A stretch of DNA of 64,000 nucleotides from the NCBI GenBank assembly GCA_001643675.2, contig LSRY02000003.1, positions 434,001 through 498,000 on the forward strand. Direction: 5' to 3'. Position numbers and translations under genes: made by a program. Position 1 is the first letter of the stretch, and each line of letters starts with the position of its first letter. Origin of the DNA: Monocercomonoides exilis PA203 (Eukaryota; Protista; Preaxostyla). The notes under the pieces were generated by a model that saw only the letters and a program-made list of their open reading frames with translations, did not search any database and was not told the DNA's origin. This document shows positions 24,201 through 36,657 of the stretch, one piece after another.

Positions 24201-27200
24201 GGAGTGGAAGAGAGAAAGGAGAGAGAAGAGGAGCTGGAGAGGAAGTGGGATGAGGCTGGATAATGAAGAGGAGGAAGGAGAAGAGGAAGAAGCTAACGAA
24301 AGAGAAGCAGAAGAATCAACAGAAGAAGAAGGAATTTGAATGAACGAGGTGACTTCACCTGAGGAAAGCAGCCAAAAGACAGCCGACTTCACTTGGCAAC
24401 AGACAGAAAATGATTGGCCGATGAGAAGGAATATTTTGGACTGCAGCGACTGATAGCTGAATGAGTAGAACATCAGGGCAGAGGCAGAGGAGGCGCTTAA
24501 ATGCAAACGAGAAGGAGAAATAGAAGAAGAAGAAGAAGACTTCGAAGAAAGCAGAAGAGTCAAGTTCTTAGCTGTGTTGAGGGTGTCTGAAGCGAGCGAT
24601 GATCCGATTGCAGAGAAGCCGCAGAGGATGAGAGAGGAGGCGATGAGGGTGCAGTCAGAGAGGAGGGTGGAGAGGAGAGTGTTGGTGTGGGAGGAGAATG
24701 TGAGTTTGTAGAGGAAAGAGGAGGAGGAAGTAAAAGAAGAAGAGGAAGAAGAAGAGGAAGATGATGATTTTAATGAAGAATTGAAGTGTTGGATGACTTC
24801 TTTGAGTGTTGATGTTAAAGGCATCAATGAAGACAATATATTCATTTGATGGTTCTCTTCTTCTTTCTCTTCTACTTTCTTTTCATCATCATTCACACCT
24901 TCGCTGAAGAAGACAGAAGAAGCAGCAGAGTCTCCTTCATTCACAAACATCCACAAAAGCAGACTGTCAATCCCCAGAAACTGACCCCATCTTCCTCGAA
25001 GTTGATCACCATTGACTTTTAAGAGAGAAGAAGAAGAAGAAATTGAAGAAAAAGAAGAAGAAGATGTTGAAGATGAGGAGGATGTTGAAATAGATGAAGA
25101 TTCAACAAGTTTTGTCAGCTCCTTCAAAATTGTTGCTTTCACATCGCATACCAACTGCTGTGAAAGAGTATTTGTTTCTCTTTTATGCGAATGTTCTTCT
25201 TTGCCAAGTGACTCAAAAGCAGAAGAACTCATCAGAAACAGAATCGCTTTGACCAGAATGGAAGATCTAAGCATCGCAGCTATATTTTTGTGTGTAAAAT
25301 TTTCAGTACAGTAATTCTCAATCACTTTTGTTTTGTCTTCATCTCCTTTTTCTCCTTCTTCACCTTCATTCTCATTTCCATTTTTTGATTCAACTGCCAT
25401 TTTTACAATCTTTTCCAGAAGCGGAAACAGACAAACAGCAAAGAAAAGAGCAAAAAGCGGTCGCCCAATTCGAAGAAGAGAGCGAACAAGGGCAATTCGA
25501 ATGAAGAACAAAGAAGAGATGGAGCGATGTGGAAGAAGATGGATAAGATAATTGAGGGATGGGTTGAAATATGATTCTGAAGAAGAAGAAGAAGAACTTT
25601 CAATTTCTCCTCCTTCCTTTACCCCCTTCTTCTTCATCTTCCTCCTCCTCATTTCCTTCTCACTCACATCTTTGATCATCGCATCCACCAATGAAAACAG
25701 AGCCAGCGACGCATAAAACGTGCTTTTCTGATGCAACCCGTCTCTTTCGCAAGCGATGCAATGAGAAAGCAACGCAGAAGGAGAAGATGCTGACGAATAA
25801 TGATTCAAATAGAGAGAAGTGTGGACAATAGACGAAGAAGCGCTGTTTGATGACAGACCAGAAAGAGAAGAGGAGAAAAGAGAAGACGGAAGCGCAACTG
25901 AATATCCAGAAAGCGAAGTGAATGCTCGTCTTCTGTCGTATTTCGAACGATGAATGCGTTCTTTGCTTTTCTTGTTCTCATTTTCACTCAATTTATCCGA
26001 TGAATCTTTCTCTCCTTTTCCTTCTCCTTCTCCCTTTCCTTCTTCTGTTTCAACTTTATCCTCCATCTCCCTATTCTTCGCCGATGCCTCGACAATTCCT
26101 TCAATATGATTGTGGAACTGCAGTTTGCGTGCTTCTTCCTCAAGCGAAGCCACAAAGCTCAGCGAAGCAGGCGACGATGACTCGTAATTGAGAGCAAACT
26201 GGGAAATAGACAGAGAACGGAGCAAGTAGAAAGGAAAGAGCGTTGGGGAGATGTCAGGAATGAAGGAGAGAAGCAGAGAAGACGCGGTGGACGGAGAGGA
26301 AGAGAGAACGCGACGCAGTTTGGACCAGTCGTATGAGGATTGGACGACATCTTCGGCTGTGAGGGATTCCGGTTGAGTGTCAGATGAATCAAAGGAGTTG
26401 GATAAAGAAGTTGTAGAAGAAGAAGATGATGATGATGTTGTTGTTGTTGTTGTTGTTGTTGAGGCTGTTGAAGTTAATGAAAAGACCTTTGAATTAGCTG
26501 ATTTCTCATCAATTTCCATTGTTTCCTTGCATTTTTCTCCTTCCACTCTTTTCTCTTCTTCTATTTCTTTCTCCTTCTCCTTCAAAGCCTCCTTCAGCTG
26601 CTTGTGGAACACATTACAATGAACAAGCCGGGCAATGGTGTGTTCGAGTGCTGCTCTGTTGATCCATGCCTGTGGAGATGTTGGGATGAGGGCAAGAGAC
26701 GCCTCAATGCAGTTGTGGCAGGCTATCAACAGCCAAACGAGAGAAGAAAAGAATAAAGAGGAAGAGGAAGAAGAGGAATTAGAAGAAGAAGAAGAAGAAA
26801 GGTTTTCTTCACTTTTCTGAGTGTTTTCAAAGTGAGAGCAAAAGAATGAAAGAGAAGACAGAAGAAAAGATGTGTACATGTTCAGGAAAAGAGAAGAAGA
26901 CGATGCATTTGGTGAGAAATCTTCGCAAATAATACTCGTAAAATGGGAGGAAGATGAAGAATGAGCCTGCAAATGCAGATTTTGCATGTGTTGATTGGAA
27001 GATAGCTTGATCGCAGTTTGGAAGGCTCTGTTTGCTGCAAAGCAGAATGAAACCAATGGAGATGAATAGTCAACACTACAATTGCAATTGCATTCTTCAT
27101 TCATTTCTGAGCCATCTCCAACAACTTGTGCATCTTTTGATGTGTTTTTGAACGCCTTCTCGAAATTCTCAATGCGCTCTGCTGAGATTGGTGATGCTTC

Positions 27201-30200
27201 CATCAGTTCATCATTCATCTGTTTGAGATATTTCTCGTCAAACTGCTCCCAGCAAGCATCATTATCATTATCATTCTCATCTTCTGTCTCTGTTTGGTGG
27301 TTTTTGTGATTTCCAATGGAAGAAGGCAGTAAAAGTCTGAGAGAATGCATTGTGCATAAAGTGAGTGCCAGTAGCAACCAGCAGCCAGGGTTGTGGGGAG
27401 ACATCGCAATTGCAATGAAACAGCAGCGCAGTGAAACAGACAGAAGAGATGAACAAATATAGCGCTTGGAGATGAGAGAAAGGAGGTCTGAATGAAGAGA
27501 AGAAGAAGAAGATTCAGAATTTGATTCAGACAACAGAGATGACAGCAACTTTGACGTGTCAAATGGGAAATTGACATGTTCCCTATTGTTTTCATGCAGA
27601 ATTCTGTTGATCTGCAATTTGATAGAGTTTATGAGACGAATAGCCTCGAAGCGGAGAAGCGATGAAATGTCAGTCCAAAGTGTGAGTGTGGATGAATACA
27701 AAGGCGAATGAACGATGCTGAGCAGAGCGGTGATTGACTTGAAAAGGAGATGGGAACGAGAAATGGAGGAGAAAGATGAACTGGATAAAGAAATGGAAGA
27801 ATAAGAGGAAGAAGAAGAATTAATCAAAGACAATTGCATCTCTCTTTGTTGATTTTGTTCCAAAGATTGGCATTCTTCAATGAAAGAACCAGAAAGCGAC
27901 AGAACGCCAGGCCTCTCATCTGAATGCTTGGCAGCGACGAATGCGAAGTCTGCAAGATACTTCTGCAGCTGATAGAACAAATGGTCAGGAATCTCAGAAT
28001 ACGAAGAAGATGCCTCTTCATCTCCTTCTTGTTGTTGTTGTTTTCTTTGTTCTTCTTTTCCTTCTTCACAATTTGCATTTCTATTTCCTCCTTCAATCAA
28101 CACTCCATCATCATCCTTTCTGTTTCTATTGATCTTCCTCGTCTTCAGCATCCTCTCACAAAACACAATCCCGTCCATTGCTGCATCTCTTGCCCAGCCG
28201 AAGAAGCCGTTTGGCACAATGAAGAGATGAATGTGTGTGTGGAGGATTCGGCATAGGCTGCTCCACAGAATTGTTTGGAGTGGGTGGATGATGAATGGCG
28301 GAAGAGCAATGTTTGCAAAGGAATAGGGAAGCGTTTGGAAGGAAATGAATGAGAAATCTTCATTTGTAGAAGAAGAAGAAGAAGAACAAGACGCTTCTGA
28401 TGCCTTTTGGATCTGCAAATTATCAGAATTTAAATGTGTTTCTTGTTTTCCCTCTTCCTCTATTCCATTTCGTGCCATTCTATTCTTCTCTTCCCTTAAA
28501 TTCTTCATTGAAAACCTCTGCACTTTCGTCAGATCTGCATCAATCATCTTCATCGCTTTCACTGCCTCTGACGAACGCCCTGCTTCAGCCATACAAATCT
28601 CATACCGGATTTGGAGAAGCACATAAAAGAAGAACAAAAGAGAAGACTGCTCAAACAAAGGAATAGAGAAAGCGGAGGAAGAGGAAGAGAACAAAGCAAC
28701 AAAGGAGAGGAGAGAACGAGGAGTGAATGAGGAAACAAGAGAAGAGGTGATAGAATTGACTGAGGCTTGCGAAAAGTTGAAGTCTTCAACTTTGAGTCTC
28801 AAAGAAGAGGAGGAGGAAGAAGAGGATGATGATGATGAGATAGAAGGAGACTTTAGAGATTCTTCTATCTGAATATATCCAATTCGTAATGCGTCTTCCA
28901 GCAGTCCATTCACACACGGGTGCTCATTTCTCAATGTTCCTTCTTTCTCTCCTTCTTTTCCTTTTCCTTCTTTTCCATCCTTCTCAATTCTATTTGTTTT
29001 CAAATGTATTTTCTGATCATTTGCATTATTTCCTTCCACAGCACTCAACATCTGCACCCTCTCACAATGTTCAGAGGCGTGGCGATAAAGTCTCATCGCT
29101 GCTTCAATTTTGCCTTCCTCTTCAAATTCACACCCAAGCAGCGCAGACAGCAGTGCATCCCAACCGAAATTCGATGGCGAAAGACGCAGAGAAAGAGAAA
29201 GGGTGTTTGAAGGGAGAAGAGAAGAGTAGGAAAGGAAGGAGTTGGTAGAGGATGCGCGAGAGGAGGAAAAGGGAGATGCAAATGAAGAAGAAGAGGAGGA
29301 GGAGGAGGAAGGTGGAAGAAGAGCAGAGCAGAAAGAAAGAGGAGAATGAAGAAAGAGAACAGATGACTTGTTCATTTCATTGAATATCGGAATCAGCTTC
29401 ACAACTTGCTTGATAATCTCTTCAAAATGATTGTGTTCTAATGAAACAGCATTTCCTGCATCTTTGTTTATCATCTTATTCACCTGAGAATCAAGAGCTG
29501 AATTATCATTGCTGTTATTGATATTATTACTATTATTATGATGATGATCTTCCGTTGCCTTCATCTGCCTTCTGCTTATCAAATCGAGCGAAATGGCGCG
29601 CCAGCCCCATTTCAATGAGTGCGAATGCTTCAGAATGTGCAGCAAGAACACAACAGAAGAGACAGAAGGCGAAAAAGAGGAGAGAATTTCATCTTCTATG
29701 ATGTCGAGTGATGAAAGAGTTGCATTAAAGGTGTTCAAAACAGATAAAATTCCATCTTTTTTGCTCATTTCTTCACCATATTTTTCATTCGAAAGCAGTT
29801 TTTTCACGATTGCAGAGGCAATTGACAGCACATCTGACAAGCGATCAGTCAATTTGAGAACAGAAAGTGTCTGCTCGCCGCTTTCTTCGTCTTCTGGCTG
29901 AAGTCGATTGGCTTCAGAGAAGAAGGAAAGGGCAGAGCGGAGAGAAGATAAGGATTCGTTGATGTCTGTGATAGGAGAGGAAGAGGAAGAAAATGAAGAG
30001 GAGGAGGAGGAGGAGGAGGAGAAAGAAGAAGAAGAAGAAGAAGAAGAAGAAGAAGAAGAAGAAGAAACAATTGAATTTGCCCCTTTAGTTTCACTCTGGC
30101 TTTCACTTTCTTTCATCTCATTAAGTTTTGTAAAAGGCAGGCTTTTATACAACTTTGATGAGAAGAACAGGAGAAGAGAAGAATAACCAGCGCCAACAAG

Positions 30201-33200
30201 AGCACGTGTATTCCCTTTGACCAACGAAAGTGCAGAGAGAAACAGCAGTTGTGGCTGGTTTTGTGGAAGAGATGGGTCAAATTGAGGGAGATGGCTTATT
30301 TTGCAGTGAGAAGAAGGGTGAAATGAAGAATTATTTGAGGTTTTGTTGGATTGAAGAGGAGAAGAAGAGTATGAAGAAGGAAGAAGAAGAGAAGTGTAGC
30401 GACGCATGAGGACGAGAATACCAGCTCCGATGAGAGAGAAAGAGAGGAGGGAAGACAAATGTGTTGGGGAAGAAATGAAAGGAGAGGAGGAAGAGGAAGA
30501 AGAAGAAGAAGAAGAAGAAGAAGAAGAAGAAGAAGAAGAAGAAGAAGAAGAAGAAGAAAGAAGTCTTTCTTTTCTTTTGGAGTCTGAAAGGACATCAATT
30601 GCGATTGAGAGAGGGTTGCGAAGTGATTTGAGGGAGAGAGAAGAATAAACATTTCTGATAGCAGAAGAGTTGCTTGATGCAATGTTAGTGGCTGATTCAG
30701 AGCTTAACTGTTGACTTGCAGAAATTGAAGAAGAAGAAGAAGCAGAGGAGGAAGAAGATGATGTTGTTGATGCTTTATCGAAAATTTGATCTCCCAATAA
30801 AACATTCATCGAAAGAGTGAACAACATTTGTATTCTGTTCAAAAGCAGTGGTTTCAGAACATAAACTCCATCAAAGTTGTTATTCTGGTTAATTTCTTTT
30901 TCTCCTTCTTCCTCTGCTTCTTTTGCTTCTGTCATATGTTTTTCATCACATTCATTATCACAACTATCTTTGTTATTCCCCTTTCTGTTCTTTCTGAAGA
31001 ATATTGCTTTCAACACAGAAGAATAAAACGAATTGACAATCTTTCTGTTGTTAGCACCTTCTGACACATGACATCCATTGAAGTTGCTTCCATTTGCATT
31101 GGAATCGAATAACTTTCTTTTTTCATTCATATTTTGATCATTTCCATTGCTTTGCCTAAGTTTTGAGCTATCTTGCTTTGTTTTTTGGTTTTTGGCCTTC
31201 TTTTCTTCGCAAATTTCTTCTTCTTTCTTTTCTATTCCGTTTTCTTCTTCATTTTCATTTTCCTCTTCTTCTTCCTCTTCTTCCTCTTTATCTTCGTCTT
31301 CATTTGTAAATATCCAACCAAAATTCGTGTTCTGATGAAGAAACAGCGACAAGTTGAGGAAAATCGAAAGAGGAGGGCTTCTCAGCTGAGAAAGAGGAAG
31401 CAATCTAACAGACTGAATGAGAGATGAATGAGAAATGGAAGAAGAAGAAGAAGAAGAAGAAGAAAATGATGATGATGATGAAGAAGTATCATTATTTTCT
31501 TCCTCTATTTCAGTCAAAACCACCAGCGGAACGGTCTCTGCCCCATTTCTCAGCAAATAATCAGCAGAAAGATTGTTCTTATGAGAAGAATTAGAATAAG
31601 ATGAAGAATAAGAAGAATTGCTATTTATTTTGTTATTACCATTATTATTCAAATCATCCTTATTCTGCTGAGCCAGCACATTCACTCCAAAAGAAACCTT
31701 TTTGTTCAGCTGAGTCGGATGGCAGTCTCTGAACAGGGAAAGAAGGCCACACAAAACAGACCAGGCGAGAAGAGAAAGAGATTGAGCAAGATAGAAACTG
31801 AGAGGGCGAGGGATGAGTGAGCCTATGAAAAGAGGAGAAAATGAGGAGGAGGAAGTGTTTTGTGGCTTTTCAGATAAAAATGATGTTTCAGTTGTTGTTT
31901 GAGGAGTTAATTGACTTGTAAATTCTCCATTTTCATTGAAAACTTCGTGACTTAGCTGATTTTCATTCAATTTGTCCTTCTTCATGCATTCAAACGCCAA
32001 CTCAAACAGATTCTCTATCGAAATCTTGTTAGACAAATTGCCTGCTCTTGTATTCACCGAAGATCTGTTGTTTGAAGAAGAAGAAGATGACGATGATGAT
32101 GATGATGAATCAGAATCACAAGAATCACAAGAAGAAGAAGAAGAAGAACAGCATTTCTTATTGTACTTCCCAAACTTCTCCATCTCCACTCCCACCATCT
32201 CTGCAATCATCACCACAGCCTCGCTGAATGCAGCGATTGCCATCAGCCAATGAGCCAGATGCGTTGCCTTTGAAAAGCAATGCATGCCAACCTCTATCAG
32301 CCACACGAGAGAAGGCAGCTGTGTCTGCTGATAGGAATACAGTAGGCAGAAGAGAGGAGAGCGGGATGAAAGAGGAAGCTGAGAGGAAAAAGAAGAATTG
32401 GAAGAACTTGAAGAATTAGAGGAAATTGAAGGATTCGAAGGATTTGAGGTATTTGTGGCTGAAGTGATGGTGGAGGGCTCAAGAGGCCGGGGAAGAAGAG
32501 GGAGAGGCAATGGGCCACGGGAAATGAAGTGAGAAGAAGGAGAAGGAGAAGAAGATGATGATGAAGGTGAAGAAGAAGTGATTGAGGAGGAAGGAGAATG
32601 AGAAGGAGGGGCAAAAGAGCTGTTATTGGTTGTGAAATGGAATGGAAGGTGTTTTGAGGAAGAAGAAGAAACAAAAGGAGAGTAATGAGACAGAATGCAG
32701 AGGATGCAGAAGAAGAGGTTGGAGTCTGTGCAAAGTTCGGAACAAACATTGGAAGAAGAAGAGAGAGAAGAAGAAGAAGAAGAGGAAAAAGAAATTGAAG
32801 AAGAAGAAGCAGAATTAGAAGTAATAACCAAATTTGATGAATTACCATTATTATTATTAACATTACTATGGCAGCATTTCTCTCCATTCATCCTCAGCAA
32901 CAATGAATCAGAAGGCACAATATCATCTGCCCCACACAAACAAGGCTGGTTGAAGTCAGCTGCGTGCAAATGGAAGAAGCTGGGCATCCATCTTTCAGTA
33001 GGAAGAAGAGAAAGAAGCTGCAAAGAAGAAGAAGATGATGATGATGATGATGAATTTGAAGAGGAAGAAGGAGAAGAGGAAGAAGAAGAAGAAGAAGAAG
33101 CATCCGTCAGTGATTTCGCCTGTTCTGGCAGTAGGAACAGCGAGTGATGGTGTGTTTTGCTCTTCTCCCAGCCGATTTTGTCTCTGATTGAGGCACACTG

Positions 33201-36200
33201 AATGGAAAGGATGTGGATCAGCTTTTGTACCTCTATGCCCCAGTTGTCCTGGCGATAGTAGACAGAACGAAGCGCCCGTTCAAGAAGCTTCAGGGAGTGG
33301 AGAAGATAAGAGAGAGAGGAAGAAGAGAAGGAGGAGGAAGAAGAAGAAGAAACAGAAGTTGATTGAGGGGTATAATCGAATGAAGAATATTTAGTCTGAT
33401 TTGTGCTGGTTGCAAAAGCAGAGGGAAGAGAAGAAGGGTACAAATAATCGCCAGACGGGTAGAAAGAGAGGGGAGAAGAGGTGACTGTGTGGATGTGCAG
33501 CTGAAGCAGAGGAGAAGATAGAGAATGCTGAGCAACCTCATAAAAAGCTGTTTTTGTGGCGTCTGTGTCAGCAAAAGGGGATTTCATTGAAAGTTTTTTG
33601 GATGAAATGGAAGAAGAAAAAGAGGAGGAGGAGGAAGAAGAAGAAGCAGTGTTCGACTTATTAGCTAAACTAATCAATTTCCTCTGTGCAAAGAAAGGGA
33701 CATCTGAATACAGCAGAAGAGAAGAAGGCAGAATGAATGGAGAAACCAATGAAGATTTGGTCATTTGAAGAAGTTGTTTGACAAATGTAACATAAGCTTC
33801 ATCATTGGTACGTCTGGCTAAGGAAGCTGATTGTAACTTGAGGAGAATAAATGTATCTGAAGAAAAGGGGATGTGGAAGAGAAATATGTGATGTGATGTT
33901 TTTATTTTGTTTTGTGAATCATTTATAAGACAGTTCAAATAAAAATAAAATAAAATGATAAAATGATAAAATAATTAAAATTGAAACAAACCATTGCGAC
34001 TGACACTTCCTTCTTCCTTTTCTCCCCTTTTTCTCTCCCCCGTGTTCATCACAGCCTGCTCCTGAAGTGTGATGTTCATCCAATGCAGCTGAGCAGCCGG
34101 CAGATGAGGAAACGAGTGGGCAAAGCGTAGGGCGATGCTTCTTTTGAATGAAGAAGAAAGAAGAGAAGAGTCTTCTTCAGCGAGAAGAAGATACTGCTCA
34201 AAGGGAAGGGACAAGAGGGAGGTGATGGAGGGATCAGAGGAAGAAGAGGAGGAAGAGGAGGAGGAAGATGAAAAAAGCCTGAAACGAGAAGAAGGATTGG
34301 AAGAAGAAGAAGATGATGATGATGATGATGATGATGAAGTGTGAATTGGAGTGATGCAAGCAAACACAGCACATTCCAATGCAAGTCGTTGGCGTGCGAT
34401 GAAAGTGGCGTTTTTAAGCAAATTGGAACTATTTGAATCACATTGAGAATGAGAAATGTTGAGAGGAAGAGGAGAAAATGAGGAAGAAGATTGAGAAGAA
34501 GAAGAAGCAGAAGCAGATGAAGAAGCAGATGAAGAATAAGCCAACGAAGCATTCATTTGTGAATTTTCTGTCTCGTTTTCTTTCAATTCCTTCTGATGCA
34601 ATGCTTTGCAATAAGACAAACGCGATATTATGAACATGTTCATCAGTTTTGTATACAAAATGGATGGAGACGCAAAATAAAGTGGCTTGAAATGCTCAGC
34701 CACGTTATCATAAAGAGGGTCTTTTAACTTTTTCCCAGAAGAATGAGAAGAAGAAGAAGGCACAACTTTTGAAGAATAGCTCGTTTTTTGCTCGTTTCCA
34801 AACAAAAAAGAAGTGATTGAATGGACAAAATCCCAAACGCTGCAAAATGCGGTGAAAATGCGGCTTGTCCAGCAGGGAAGATCAATTGGCAGTGCTTCAC
34901 CGCCAATGATCAGTCTATGTGGTTTGAAAAGTGAACTGCTCTGTGTGTTGATTGAAGTTGATTCACCTTTAGAAATATCTGATGAATTTTCAGTTTGTGA
35001 CGAAGATTTGTCTAAGGAAGATGTACAAGTTTCAGAAACAGTCGCATCAGCAGCAGCAGAAGAGAAAGAATAGGAGAAGGAAGAAGAAGAAGAAGAAGAA
35101 TCTGCTTCTGTGTCATCTGAATGGCAATCTTTGTCTTGTTGTGCTGTCCAGTTCACTCCAAACAGAAGCAGCTCAAAGGCGTCTCTGATATCTCTCTCAT
35201 ACTCACTCCCACTCAGCAGCCTTTCAAAGATCGCTTCTCTTCTGTTGCTCCTCCTCATCTCGTCGTTCTTCTTAGCCTTCTCTTTCTCTCTCTTCTCCCG
35301 CTCTGTTTCCCGCTGTGGAGTTGAATATGTGCTTGTCGTATTCAAAGTGGCTGCTGCCTTTGGACCTGCATAAACGTACTGATTACCTCCACGCCCTGGT
35401 CGAGCTGCACCTCCAGCAGCTTGCATATTTGCTTCTCTGGCGCGCCTCTTCTCTTCCTGTGCCTCCTTTGCGATGGCCTCTTGCTCTCTTCGTTTTTCCT
35501 CAAGGACCCACTCTTCTCCCTCTTTCGCTAGAGCTTCTTTCCCTTTCTCCGATCGGTATTTCCAAATAAGTCCAAGAATAAACAAAATTCCTCTTTTGCA
35601 TCCATCGCATGGATTTTGTGTAAACTCTTCATCTGTCTCGTTTGTGGTTGATTGTAAAATTGTGCTTTCTTTGCCTTTCAGATACAAATCAAATTGTGAC
35701 TGTAACATGGTGAAAAAATGGTTTTCTTTGCTTAGTTGTTTTTTACATATAGAAAATTCTTTTGATTCGATCATTAAATTAAAATTTACTGCGGCTAAAA
35801 GATGATACTGCATTGTTCCGATTAAAAATTTGGAAAAATTGTCAATAGTGCTTTCGCAATTATGATGGTGGAGAAGTTGAAGTTGAATAAGTTGTAGAAA
35901 AGTTCGATTCACCTTTGATGCAAATGCCATGAATTGTTCTTTTGTTGCAGATTGTGAAAAAGTCGTGTTTAACGGATCAAATGCATAAAAGTCGTTGGAA
36001 GATGATAACTCCATAGATTCCCAATTTATTGAGGAAAAAAAAGATGTATGACTAACTCTCTCTCCACCATTTTCAGATTTTCCAATTTGTGTGGCAGAAG
36101 GAAATATGCGTGGAAAAGTATCAAGAAACACTTCAAAAGATAAAAACAGTAAAAATATTAAATTACAGCACATGAATTCTATATTTCATACAATGAAATT

Positions 36201-36441
36201 GATTTTCAAATAGCGAGCATAATTCCTTTAAAGGTTTTTCTGAATCTTGAGAAATAAGATGTGCTTTTGTAAAAGATTTTTCGCAAGTTAGATAATCTTC
36301 TTTAAAGCTCAGTGATTTCCCCAACAATAAAAACGCTTCTTCTGATTCTCCATTTTTTGCAATTGATTTTTTACAAAGGGAAATGCATAAATCAAAATTT
36401 TGAATTGTAAGTGCCTCTTTTGCGCTTGTTAATTCTGACAT
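18240..36441 (-). CDS. SKI3: SKI3/TTC37 (superkiller complex)-like TPR protein, ~5,893 aa; exons 36441-36192, 36130-33992, 33856-18941, 18616-18240
   Basis: Three phase-1 GT-AG introns join four ORFs into a 17,682-nt CDS. TPR segments occur in TTC37 order: N-terminal AKEAL..QNFDLCISLCK..AFLLLG; FSEANRLQPEDEESG; SLRLSPSNFGW..EEEGKIEAAMRLYRHASE; AMSPHNPGCWLLLA; ASLALIPTSPQAWIN. Confidence 0.72.
18739..18786. repeat. 14-bp tandem repeat (GCAAAAACATGAAA) x~3.4 inside the last SKI3 intron
   Basis: Read directly from the sequence. Confidence 0.85.
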
Positions 36442-36657
36442 TCAAAAATTTTGTAATAGTTTATTTGATCAGAAATGAGAAAAAATCAACACTCTTTCGT
36501 TTGTCACATATGGAACGTATTTTATTGTAAGCTATTTCATCATCACAATAATATCATTGAACTCATCAGAAAAAAATTTCCCCACAATTTTCATTTGTTC
36601 TTCAATTGTTAAAAGGTTTGATCAAAAGGCAAAAACTGAAATTACTCGAAATTGAGA
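36442..36657. promoter_or_regulatory. Putative bidirectional promoter between head-to-head SKI3-like and GlnRS genes
   Basis: Only 216 bp separate the two divergent ATGs. No specific motif identified. Confidence 0.5.

Noticed and set aside
18876-36173. Dozens of short poly-Glu/Lys/Leu ORFs overlapping the SKI3-like gene
   Set aside because: Shadow frames of (TCT)n poly-Ser tracts.
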